Shown here in pieces: positions 28,400-36,893 of a stretch of DNA of 64,000 bases. Every line of letters begins with the position of its first letter. Position 1 is the first letter of the stretch. The position numbers and the translations under genes are program-made. The DNA is taken from the IMG/VR virus record IMGVR_UViG_3300010049_000001, positions 1,510 through 65,509 of that record, one strand, 5' to 3'. The stretch comes from a virus. Taxonomy: Duplodnaviria; Caudoviricetes. A model generated the notes under the pieces. That model did no database searches. It was not told the origin of the DNA and worked only from the letters and a program-made list of their open reading frames with translations.

Positions 28400-28632
28400 T
28401 TCATACTCCTATTAAGTAGATACAACTTGGCTTGCTCAAGAACCAACATTTTATTGGCAAGCGGTGAGGTGGAAGATACGATATGTGTTATACCGTTCTC
28501 ATATGTTCCCGCAAGGAGTACTACAAAATCACGGGAAGTGTTTTCGTCATTTGCTTTGAAGGTTTCAATAGCCATCTCTTGAGTGACTTCCTTCGCAGCT
28601 TCGAAAGGAAATGTAGTTATACTAGCAGTCAT
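28396..28632 (-). CDS. Hypothetical protein
   Basis: 78 aa, AAGGA SD, coupled to both neighbours. Confidence 0.65.
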   Translation of the reverse strand: MTASITTFPFEAAKEVTQEMAIETFKANDENTSRDFVVLLAGTYENGITHIVSSTSPLANKMLVLEQAKLYLLNRSMK

Positions 28633-29222
28633 GTATTATATTCCTTTAGAAAGATTTCGATGAAAACTTCCTTGGCATGAGTCTCATGTGGGAGTTCAAT
28701 ACGCCGAGGATGCACTACAACATCTTTGAGACATTCCCATTCGTGATTGAAGGGCAGCAAGAAGTGTTTGCGTTCATAGGCTAGTGCCGCCAGGTCAACC
28801 TTATCGACAAAAATCGGTTGGATACTTTTCTTGTCAATAAGGAAAGCGTCATAGATTGCCAGCTGAATTCGACCTTCTATCTCTTGATAGTCAGGCAACG
28901 AACGCTTGAGCGGACGAACTACATCACCAATAAAAGCCTCGGCCGCATCATGAAGAAGCAAAGCAAGAGTAGTTTCCTTGGTGAGTTTGATGTCCCGGAT
29001 GACTGCAATCTCTTTTCCTAGACGGTAGCAGAGAATGCTATGTTGCGCCACCGAATAGAATGCTTTGGTATGTCCATTGAACCTACACTGGAATGCAAGC
29101 GCGTGAGCGATTTCATCGATTGTGTAGTCATACTTTTTTGGTTCGTCGAAGTAGAACTTCTGTCCAGACCAGGTTGCAATCCAATCACCCATTCTTTCCT
29201 CCGGTTGAACGCAGACACTCAT
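28629..29222 (-). CDS. HD-domain nucleotide phosphohydrolase (YfbR-like)
   Basis: IAHALAFQCRFNGH, YSVAQHS, LLHDAAEAFIGD, DLAAL. Confidence 0.9.
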   Translation of the reverse strand: MSVCVQPEERMGDWIATWSGQKFYFDEPKKYDYTIDEIAHALAFQCRFNGHTKAFYSVAQHSILCYRLGKEIAVIRDIKLTKETTLALLLHDAAEAFIGDVVRPLKRSLPDYQEIEGRIQLAIYDAFLIDKKSIQPIFVDKVDLAALAYERKHFLLPFNHEWECLKDVVVHPRRIELPHETHAKEVFIEIFLKEYNT

Positions 29223-29460
29223 TTATAATTTTTGGAAGCACCGTTGCGTAAGTAGAAATGCTCTCTGGTGGTTTGTCCATAAGAAGAAGTCCTCGAAGCG
29301 CCATTAATTCATTCCAGCTACCTTCTATAACTGCGATAATGCGGGCGGCTTTTTCAACTGCTACGCGTTCATTATCAGTTACTTGGATGAACCTTCCCTT
29401 GGCTTGGTGCATACGACCACGCAGAGAGGAAAAGGCTGCAAGGATTTCAGTGAGTTTCAT
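29185..29460 (-). CDS. Hypothetical protein
   Basis: 91 aa, coupled to the upstream gene. Confidence 0.55.
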   Translation of the reverse strand: MKLTEILAAFSSLRGRMHQAKGRFIQVTDNERVAVEKAARIIAVIEGSWNELMALRGLLLMDKPPESISTYATVLPKIINECLRSTGGKNG

Positions 29461-30404
29461 GTTGCTTGACTCTCAAGATAACTGATGAAGTCATTCAACA
29501 CCCAGCGTACTTTCGATTCGAAGTCACCCCATGAGTATTTCTTCATGTAGTCTTCGACAAGTGCTTTGGGATTCTGAACTATCTTTCCAGTTGGTTGCTG
29601 AGGCATTATAGGTTGCGGTGGTTGAACTGGAGTCCGTGAAGCCTGTTGTAGTCTCAAGTCAACGAGGCGCTGAAAGTCAGCAGGCGGGTAGGAAATGATC
29701 TGTTGTAGATCACTAAACAGCATCTGTTCGTTTGGAGACAACCGAGTGACCAGGCTAAGGTTGGCTGAGAATTCACGCAGCTTGACGATTGCTTCGCCAG
29801 CTCGAATCTCAAGCTCTTCCTTTAGTGCAGCCTTTGCCGTCTCAGTTGTCCGCTTGCCTTTGATAACTCCTTCGAAGTCCGGTGCACCGATTAGGGGGGC
29901 GAGACGAAGCTGAGGAAACTCTTGCTGCTTGCCTTCCAAAAAGGTATTCCATGCGTTGTTCGCTTCGCGAATGATCTGCGCCTTGGCATCAGCTTTTCGC
30001 TCTTTGACCTTCTTCTCCATCTCAAGGCGAACTTTGCGAGCTTCTTCACCTACTCCTCGGAGTACTTCAACTACAGCATTAACATCGGAGCTCTGCGAAA
30101 TGATGTCGGCTACTGCTACCTTTACAATATCCTCTATTCTCTCACACAACTTGAGATCGACTTTCTCGCAGTGACCAAAGTCATCATCAGTCACCAAATC
30201 CCGTTTGATATTTCCAATAGCTGCCAGTGCAAGCTGTTGAAATTCAGGAAGATTAGATTTAGTTACCTTCCCTTGAACCTTAATAGCAATTACTGGAAGA
30301 TTGGTAATTTCTTCTTTCGGTAAATTATTCTGTGGAACATCATTCCATTGCCCATGATCCCGAACTTTCTCATCGTCACTTCGTTCATCCCACGGTTGGC
30401 TCAT
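29457..30404 (-). CDS. Coiled-coil protein resembling the C-terminal domain of YqaJ-type phage nucleases
   Basis: VQGKVTKSNLPEF...NIKRDLVTDDDF...EARKVRLEMEKKVKERK; no nuclease motif. Confidence 0.6.
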   Translation of the reverse strand: MSQPWDERSDDEKVRDHGQWNDVPQNNLPKEEITNLPVIAIKVQGKVTKSNLPEFQQLALAAIGNIKRDLVTDDDFGHCEKVDLKLCERIEDIVKVAVADIISQSSDVNAVVEVLRGVGEEARKVRLEMEKKVKERKADAKAQIIREANNAWNTFLEGKQQEFPQLRLAPLIGAPDFEGVIKGKRTTETAKAALKEELEIRAGEAIVKLREFSANLSLVTRLSPNEQMLFSDLQQIISYPPADFQRLVDLRLQQASRTPVQPPQPIMPQQPTGKIVQNPKALVEDYMKKYSWGDFESKVRWVLNDFISYLESQAT

Positions 30405-30454
30405 GATAATCTCCAGTTGGTTATTTGATATTACAACTCAAGTTTAAATGTTTT

Positions 30455-30493
30455 ATTTAGATATATCTAGCATTTATCTAAACTATTTAGATC
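30455..30493. promoter_or_regulatory. Palindrome pair, operator-like
   Basis: TAGATATATCTA (30458-30469) and TCTAAA-cta-TTTAGA (30478-30492) upstream of the 30404 gene. Confidence 0.4.
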
Positions 30494-30957
30494 TCATCAC
30501 TTCTGTTGAGAGACTTAAGCATCTTGATTGCCCACGTTTTTGCTTTTCTACATTGTTGTTCATTGAACATTCCAAAATGACATTTAGTCGTTGGGATTCT
30601 AAGATGGTGAGCCAACTTATTATATGCTCTAGACCTATTGATTTTAGAACTATTCTTAGTGAACCAAAGTTTTTGGAAGGGTACCTTAGCATCTGTTCTA
30701 AGTGCTCTAAGCCGTTCATCTGCGAGTGTTCCAAGAGGGATATACGTTCCTGGATGGACTCCGACAGACGCTGCACAACTAGGGTTCGTACATCTATACA
30801 TGTAAGGCCAGTCACTGTAGTTTCTTCCATAGACTGAGAAATGTGTAGTAAGCTCGACTGGTGCATGGCAATAGGTACAATCTAGCGGAGGGCTAAGATG
30901 TGGTTTCGGAACCCGTGCTATGGCCTCAGAAGATTGATCAGGTATATTATTGTTCAT
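30487..30957 (-). CDS. Zinc-finger protein (DUF3268-like)
   Basis: CTYC, YRCTNPSCAASVGVHPGT..PLGTLAD..LR, AY..LA..L......CHFGMF...QC. Confidence 0.8.
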   Translation of the reverse strand: MNNNIPDQSSEAIARVPKPHLSPPLDCTYCHAPVELTTHFSVYGRNYSDWPYMYRCTNPSCAASVGVHPGTYIPLGTLADERLRALRTDAKVPFQKLWFTKNSSKINRSRAYNKLAHHLRIPTTKCHFGMFNEQQCRKAKTWAIKMLKSLNRSDEI

Positions 30958-31084
30958 TTTTCTTTTTGGGCTGCTTATCGGAGGTAAGAAAATACATCGG
31001 ACAACGAATAAGCCCTCTTTTTATTTCTTCATTACGCATAACTCTTAGAATTTCTTGTTGTTTTCGTTTAGCGGTGTAATTCAT
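30947..31084 (-). CDS. 45-aa basic protein (not in ORF track)
   Basis: AAGGAG SD; MNYTAKRKQQEILRVMRNEEIKRGLIRCPMYFLTSDKQPKKKNEQ*. Confidence 0.55.
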   Translation of the reverse strand: MNYTAKRKQQEILRVMRNEEIKRGLIRCPMYFLTSDKQPKKKNEQ

Positions 31085-31094
31085 TTCTCTCTCC

Positions 31095-31500
31095 TTTAAA
31101 GAAGGTGCCACCTCTGGTGGCCGTCACCCATTGAGTACTGAGCCAATGTTTTGGCAGACTCTAAAGTATTAAGGTCATCCTCTAGCCCTTTGTTTTCCGT
31201 ACGCGAAGGGTCGCTAGTTTCCCTAGGACTATTGTTAGTCATCCCACCTATTCCTCTGCATTTAAGGCCAAGCTGAGGTGTAACCCCATACACTAACGCT
31301 GAATGGTACAGCGGACGTTTTTAAGTCCGTCACGACATTCCCCTGTCTAGAGGAATTTGGTGAGGATCGCTTGAGCTGTATGGGTTACTTAGGCTACTTC
31401 AACCAAGTCTCTACCGGGACGCAACCTTTGGTGTCATAAACTTGTAGCTTGCAACAGCGATCCTCGTTGTTCTGTGGCCGTTCTCGGCCAGCGAACCAGT
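31095..31500 (-). ncRNA. Candidate ~410-nt structured ncRNA with a pseudoknot
   Basis: 10-bp helix 31456-31465/31362-31371 crossed by helix 31378-31388/31280-31291, plus at least 8 local hairpins. Confidence 0.6.
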
Positions 31501-31501
31501 T

Positions 31502-31795
31502 TCAGTGAGATGCACTAGCCATTCTTTGCCGGGCGGACTCACCCCATAATTTAATTTCAGTGTATGATTTATTATACATGACTGAGTCAATTTGTGAAGT
31601 TAAATTTAGACTTTTAGATTGATATAATCTTTCATCAGAAGTCATATTCTCACAATAATAATAGATTATATTTCTAACATAAGATTTACCATCTATCCAT
31701 CCTTTTAAATAATCCCATGTGAAGTAATGTGGTCGAGTAAAATTTTCTCTTCGAAGAGCGGAATCAAACCCAGCACGGTAATCATTACTCTTCAT
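31502..31795 (-). CDS. Hypothetical AT-rich protein
   Basis: 97 aa; GAGG SD; overlaps the primase stop. Confidence 0.55.
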   Translation of the reverse strand: MKSNDYRAGFDSALRRENFTRPHYFTWDYLKGWIDGKSYVRNIIYYYCENMTSDERLYQSKSLNLTSQIDSVMYNKSYTEIKLWGESARQRMASASH

Positions 31796-34304
31796 TGATT
31801 ACCTCTTTTTTTAAACCTTTCATTTTTGGGAAGGCTGGTCCAGGTCCATAGACCGGAGTTGCCATTCCATACTTTTGTTTTACTACATTTCGATTAATCT
31901 CTAGTATTATTCCGGCGTTAACCATTTCATTGAGAAGTTCTCTAATGATAGATGCCATACTACGATGTGAATTCTTAAAGAGGGTTCTTCTCTTAAGTCT
32001 ATCATAGATATAATAATATGGAACTAGTTCAATACCTACTAAGATCTCAGGACATTTATAGTTTATACGCTGTGATCTTGGGACGTTTGGATAATTGTGT
32101 ATTAGCTCACACACCATTGACTCACCTTGGAGGGCTGAGCTCTTTCCATGCATATTAAATTCGAATCGATGGATGACTGTATAGGCACACTTCTTAATGA
32201 ATTCGAATGCCCATACGATATCATCTTTATTCACTACAGGAGTATGCTCTTGTCGTACTACAGCTACAATCCCTGCTAAGCGGAGTGTGTTTAGATGAAC
32301 ACGATTCCATATCTCGCTGATGGTTGGATCTCTGGCTGAGTTCATAAACTTTGTTATAGCACAATCAATCTGTCTAGAGATTTCTTTTGCTTCCTCTGTC
32401 ATTTGAATATTTATTACATGGTTCTTATTGTTTAGAGTAAAAGCTATTGAGATAAGATCAGTTAACTTCTTCTTAATATGAGCTGTCAATGGTTCTCTAT
32501 CTGATTCATTTAGAACCGAACGCTTGCCAGTGTATTCAAGAATAACAAAACGAGGAATAAGACCTTCGGCGATATGTGTATCTTCTAATCCTGTATAGAA
32601 ATTGTCAGGGGTTGATTCCCCTACAAGGGTAACCGATGGAGCGAACACTGTTGGGAGGTTCTTTTGTGCATCACTGTAGGCAGTAGCTGTAAGCATATCA
32701 CCATGCCCTGATTTACCGTAGAGCAACAAAAGAAGTTTCTTTATTTGAATCTCGGTTGAGTTAGCACGAGGAGAACATAGTGCTTGTAGGGTTAATCCAA
32801 ACTCGCCAAGCACTGATAGAAAACCTGGCTGCTCAGTAAGTACTCTATGAACACCTGGAGCTGATGCAAAAGTTCCAGGACCAATTATCTGTTGAGCAGC
32901 TGGAACATCTATTGCTAATTGATGTAGGGTCTTATCAATGTTCTTTGATACTTGCTCTTTACCTACACCAGTGCGGGCGATTAACATTAGGTAAAGATTC
33001 AATCCTGTTTCTGATATGTTCCATGCCCTGTTACAGATGCCGGAAAGCAAACCAATAGCTGAGAATAGAGCTACCTCTTTGACTGGACGAGCTGAATTCT
33101 TGAAGAAGTATCCTGTTAATTCTGAAATGAATCCGGGCGGGGTAAGAGTGAAACCTTCTGATTCTTTAAGTGAGATCTCATAGTTAGTTGGGGTGTTCCA
33201 ATCCTTCTCTGTCTCTTCTGTCTGTGCTATAAATGTTTGAGAAGGATTGGATTCAAATGGACTTTCTTTATCATGTCCGTTAGCTACAGTGGGTGCAGGA
33301 TACGGCGGAGGAAGTTGAGGTGGAATCGAAGAGTGAAAATTAGCAAGGATGCGCTCGGAATCTTGTTTCTCTGTTTCGATTTGATACACCATCCGGCGTA
33401 GGTAATCGATTCTTTTGGCCTTAGGACGTTGGCCCAACTCAGAGAGCCAGAATATTTGTTTAGCCATCTCATATGATGGCGCAACGGCGCAAAGAATGTT
33501 GAAAAGAGCATAATCAGCTTCCGATTGAGATGGGTATTGGTCATGCCAATCACCAGACATTAAAGGGAGAGTCTTATCACTAAGTGTTGTAGCAGTTTCT
33601 ATTACCTCTACCATATCCCATTCAGTAAAAGGACTTTCCGGAGGCAGTATTATGTCTTGATCCAATGAAAGCCCTACTGGATACATTTCTCTGCAAAGAT
33701 CTTCCAACAATGAATAAGTTTTAAGAATATGTTTTTCAGAGGCTACATTGATTGGTGACTTCGTTGCCCACAATGGAACCCGCATATAATGCTTTGCCCA
33801 ATAAACTTCTACGGCATCCCGCTTTCGTCCAGCTGGACCATAAGTATCAATCAGCTTTTGCTTTTGATTAGAACCTATGTATAGCCAAATATGCGTTCCT
33901 TTTCCACCAGCAGAAGTGTATTGCCACCAAGCTACATCCCGTAGATAATCTTTAATCTTTGCATGCCGATTGGCTTGTTCCGGTGTGATCGGTTGTTTCT
34001 TTCCGTTAATCTTTACTTCAGCATCCAAATCAATCACTACAAATGGATCGACCGGGGTCAGAACAAACCCAAGATAGCAAAGCTTCGGAGGATCACCACT
34101 AAGACCTGCAACAGAATATTGATTATCTAAACACCCACAAGCATACTCTAAGGATGTCCATGTTTTGTAATCTGTAGGGGAAGCACGTCTGGTAGGAACA
34201 TCGGAAACCGATGGGTAATTTGGTATACCATCTTTGTCTGAGAGAATCCATTGCTTTAGTTCTCTCAATGCCGGCGCGAATAATGTGTCCTTAGAAGGTG
34301 CCAT
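31785..34304 (-). CDS. Primase-polymerase (NrS-1/AEP-like) fused to a DUF3987-type helicase-like domain
   Basis: KQW, ASPTDYKTW, LGFVL, FVVIDLD, TSAGGKGTHIW, SQSEAD..L, ARTGVGKE, GEFG, GESTP, GLIPRF. Confidence 0.85.
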   Translation of the reverse strand: MAPSKDTLFAPALRELKQWILSDKDGIPNYPSVSDVPTRRASPTDYKTWTSLEYACGCLDNQYSVAGLSGDPPKLCYLGFVLTPVDPFVVIDLDAEVKINGKKQPITPEQANRHAKIKDYLRDVAWWQYTSAGGKGTHIWLYIGSNQKQKLIDTYGPAGRKRDAVEVYWAKHYMRVPLWATKSPINVASEKHILKTYSLLEDLCREMYPVGLSLDQDIILPPESPFTEWDMVEVIETATTLSDKTLPLMSGDWHDQYPSQSEADYALFNILCAVAPSYEMAKQIFWLSELGQRPKAKRIDYLRRMVYQIETEKQDSERILANFHSSIPPQLPPPYPAPTVANGHDKESPFESNPSQTFIAQTEETEKDWNTPTNYEISLKESEGFTLTPPGFISELTGYFFKNSARPVKEVALFSAIGLLSGICNRAWNISETGLNLYLMLIARTGVGKEQVSKNIDKTLHQLAIDVPAAQQIIGPGTFASAPGVHRVLTEQPGFLSVLGEFGLTLQALCSPRANSTEIQIKKLLLLLYGKSGHGDMLTATAYSDAQKNLPTVFAPSVTLVGESTPDNFYTGLEDTHIAEGLIPRFVILEYTGKRSVLNESDREPLTAHIKKKLTDLISIAFTLNNKNHVINIQMTEEAKEISRQIDCAITKFMNSARDPTISEIWNRVHLNTLRLAGIVAVVRQEHTPVVNKDDIVWAFEFIKKCAYTVIHRFEFNMHGKSSALQGESMVCELIHNYPNVPRSQRINYKCPEILVGIELVPYYYIYDRLKRRTLFKNSHRSMASIIRELLNEMVNAGIILEINRNVVKQKYGMATPVYGPGPAFPKMKGLKKEVINEE

Positions 34305-34338
34305 GGTCTGTACTTGTATAGGACTTGTAGTTTGTGTA

Positions 34339-34366
34339 TTATTACCAGATAAAAAGGATATGTCAA
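34339..34366 (-). promoter_or_regulatory. Sigma70-type promoter for the primase arm
   Basis: TTGACA-16 nt-TAATAA, with TG one base upstream of the -10. Confidence 0.65.
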
Positions 34367-34379
34367 TAGGGTGTTAGCG

Positions 34380-34412
34380 AAAAAAGAGCCATTAAGAAGA
34401 TCCTAATGGCTC
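34380..34412 (-). terminator. Rho-independent terminator
   Basis: GAGCCATTA/TAATGGCTC 9-bp stem followed by T6 on the minus strand. Confidence 0.85.
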
Positions 34413-34425
34413 AACCTGAGAAGAC

Positions 34426-34629
34426 TTAGAAAAGATAGTCTGGTTCGAGTCCAAAATAATCTTGGAATACTTCTTCTGGATCTCCATCACCGGAGTCGAT
34501 ACATTCCATGACTTCTGTCATCCCTTCGTTGAAGTAATCTTCGGCTGCTTCTGGGGACATATTATCCCGTCGAATAAGTACCTCAATGATAGCCGGCTTG
34601 TTACCGAATTCGAATGCGTTAGGTTTCAT
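34426..34629 (-). CDS. Small acidic hypothetical protein
   Basis: 67 aa; AAGGAG SD; EVLIRRDNMS...PEEVFQDYFGLEPDYLF. Confidence 0.7.
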   Translation of the reverse strand: MKPNAFEFGNKPAIIEVLIRRDNMSPEAAEDYFNEGMTEVMECIDSGDGDPEEVFQDYFGLEPDYLF

Positions 34630-34903
34630 TTGGTTGCTCCTTGACTAGAAAAAGACGCTCGGATTCTCTCCACGCCTCTCTTATTTGTGTGATCTTACCT
34701 TCATGACTTCGAATTTGTTCTTCTTTGATTCGAATGTCATTGTTCAGATGTAAGATATCAACCTCGAGGGTTAATATCATTTTCTGATATTCCTTTATTT
34801 TCCGATGAGCTTCCATGAAGTCCATTGGTTTCTCCTTTCGGTTCTTAGACACTAAGAACTTTCTGTAGTGGCGGTTATGATGAAGATTATCTTCTTCTAT
34901 CAT
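34619..34903 (-). CDS. Coiled-coil hypothetical protein
   Basis: Heptad pattern; coupled to both neighbours. Confidence 0.55.
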   Translation of the reverse strand: MIEEDNLHHNRHYRKFLVSKNRKEKPMDFMEAHRKIKEYQKMILTLEVDILHLNNDIRIKEEQIRSHEGKITQIREAWRESERLFLVKEQPNET

Positions 34904-35631
34904 GATAACCTTCCTTGTTCGGTTGGCTTAGCCATCTGAACGTTCAGGTTGATAGACTTGGCGTGCTCTTTGCCTTGGTAATAAGCATCTGGAGAAAGAC
35001 GTCCAGAACGCATCTTAGTTCTGCGGAGGTTCCAATCAGAAAGAAACTCTTCATTGGCCTCCGCTTCCTGTTTGGCCAGATGATATAGAACCATCTGTGT
35101 GCCAGGAAAAGAACTTCCAGTACCGGAGCCGACCTCTTCGGCCTTGGCACGGATCATGTCATTAATGCGATGAGTCAGAGTGACAGAGCATCCTTGTGCG
35201 AATGAACGTGTCCCAGCGGAAAGATTATGCTTGTAGAGCTTTCTTCCTTCCTTGAGAATGTTTTCTACAACATAGGTGCTCATGTACTCGGCTGTAATGG
35301 CGTTTGATTCGCGACCTACAAACCAATGGGTCTGCTTGGTGCCATTGATCTTTCCGCCGCGGATGTACCTACACATGAATAGCCTGGCAATATCGTTTCG
35401 GATAAAGTGCGTCCAATTCATTGACCAGCCAGGATTCTCATGTGCAATGCGTGGGTCTTCTACATCCCTTTCTTTCTCATTGATCTCTAACAAAGAAAGA
35501 CCGTGAGTAGTGAGCAGGGAATGCGCTTGACGGAGAGCAGTCTCACGTTCATTGTCATTGCCGCGTTCGTCTTGCGCCATTGTCAGAAGCTTACGGATGC
35601 GGTCAATAATCTTTGGAGAAACGTCATTCAT
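34900..35631 (-). CDS. DUF2786-family protein
   Basis: IIDRIRKLL.MA......NERETALRQAH.LL..HGL; FVGRESN; SFAQG. Confidence 0.85.
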   Translation of the reverse strand: MNDVSPKIIDRIRKLLTMAQDERGNDNERETALRQAHSLLTTHGLSLLEINEKERDVEDPRIAHENPGWSMNWTHFIRNDIARLFMCRYIRGGKINGTKQTHWFVGRESNAITAEYMSTYVVENILKEGRKLYKHNLSAGTRSFAQGCSVTLTHRINDMIRAKAEEVGSGTGSSFPGTQMVLYHLAKQEAEANEEFLSDWNLRRTKMRSGRLSPDAYYQGKEHAKSINLNVQMAKPTEQGRLS

Positions 35632-36004
35632 GGTTACTACTCCTCAGACTTTCGATTTCAAGAAGCCTACAACGTTCCCTTTCGGCTTCTATATCCGCTT
35701 CAGAGATGACTTGAGCAAAGGAGCCGATAGTCGGCATTTCATACCATTCGATATCAACGCGAATCTCATTTGCAAGTGGAGAAGTTCCAGAGAAAGATAG
35801 TCCTTTAAATTCTTCTCCAGATGTAATAGATTCTTCGTACTCGTCTATTCTTTGCGGGATATCGCGAAAAGGAGCAGCGTTCATCTGACCAAATTGACTT
35901 CTAAACCGGTCATAGAAGTCCTGCATATTGTGAAAGCAACCGGTATAGACAAGCGCACGGCCGGAGTCTTTAATTGGCAGGAAAGTTATTGTGGTTTGAT
36001 ACAT
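35624..36004 (-). CDS. Hypothetical protein
   Basis: 126 aa; GAGGAG SD. Confidence 0.6.
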   Translation of the reverse strand: MYQTTITFLPIKDSGRALVYTGCFHNMQDFYDRFRSQFGQMNAAPFRDIPQRIDEYEESITSGEEFKGLSFSGTSPLANEIRVDIEWYEMPTIGSFAQVISEADIEAERERCRLLEIESLRSSNHE

Positions 36005-36113
36005 GTTTCAGCTCCTCAGGGTTATGGTTAGGCTTGATTCTGCGCACTCGGATGAATACGCATAACCAAACCGACCGGGGTTCACACACTGACCTCGGAG
36101 GCTTGGTACCACA

Positions 36114-36602
36114 TCATGCAACCTTTTTGTTGAGTGCTGCGGCTACAGCGGCATCGGCTTTCTGCGCTTCCTTCCACCGCTGATATTGGGTTTTAGCGGT
36201 ATGGATATTGACACCAGCATTGACGCAAGCAGCTATAACATCTTTGCGTTGCGCGCCTTTCATATCATCCGCAATGGTGAGAACCTTTAGCACCGGTGAC
36301 TCACAAGAGCTCTTGTTCCGCGGACCGACCAATGCAGCCTTGAGCGTCGTCGCACGGGTAATGACCTCGGTAAGTTGTGTAACGCTGAGCAACTCGATTG
36401 TATGCAGGAGACCCTGGAAGGTATTGGCATCCGGATATTCCGGCTCGGGTGCGTTTGGCTCTGCGACGGGTTCAATAGCCGATGCAGATACAGGTTCAGT
36501 TGTTCCGGTGACATTTTGGATAGCCTCCGTGAATTCGTTGTTGGAAACAGAAGCAGATGCTTCTTCCGTCGGTTGCTCGGCGGGCTTAGGTTTGCGTGCC
36601 AT
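36114..36602 (-). CDS. Paralog 3 of the four-member helical family
   Basis: CESPVLKVLTIADDM...RKDVIAACVNAGVNIHTAKTQYQRW; AAGGAG SD. Confidence 0.75.
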   Translation of the reverse strand: MARKPKPAEQPTEEASASVSNNEFTEAIQNVTGTTEPVSASAIEPVAEPNAPEPEYPDANTFQGLLHTIELLSVTQLTEVITRATTLKAALVGPRNKSSCESPVLKVLTIADDMKGAQRKDVIAACVNAGVNIHTAKTQYQRWKEAQKADAAVAAALNKKVA

Positions 36603-36662
36603 GGTAGTGCTCCTTCTAGGTGGTTGAGAAAGTGATCAGGACATTGATTAGATCACAATTGT

Positions 36663-36691
36663 ATTGTAGGAGGTTCTAAGGATGTTGTCTA
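36663..36691 (-). promoter_or_regulatory. Sigma70-type early promoter
   Basis: TAGACA-17 nt-TACAAT on the minus strand. Confidence 0.7.
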
Positions 36692-36893
36692 GAACTAAAA
36701 CAATGTTTTTAGAACGGTTGTAGAAGGTGTGTTCTTGTGGGATGATGGGCATGTTTATCAAAGGGTAGGTAAAAAGATTGAGGAACAAAGGGCATTTCCG
36801 GCGGTGTGAGGGGTGACTACAGGGTGGGTGATATGGGTGATAGGGTGAATGATGAAAATGGCAGTCGGGTTGAATTCGTAAGGAGTATATAAA

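Noticed and set aside
31205-31420. Calling the structured RNA a group I intron (AGAGACU...AUAGUCC plus GAAA stem)
   Set aside because: No interrupted gene or joinable exons, too little room for P4-P6, and AGACU pairs better with a local CAAGU; kept only as an unassigned ncRNA.
34442-34452. GGTTCGAGTCC, a tRNA T-arm-like string
   Set aside because: Lies antisense inside a coding sequence (LEPDYLF), with no acceptor, D or anticodon arms.
36020-36097. Two intergenic hairpins (GGTTATG/CATAACC and CCGGGGT/ACCTCGG)
   Set aside because: Short and without a U tract; indistinguishable from an ordinary processing or terminator stem without homologs.
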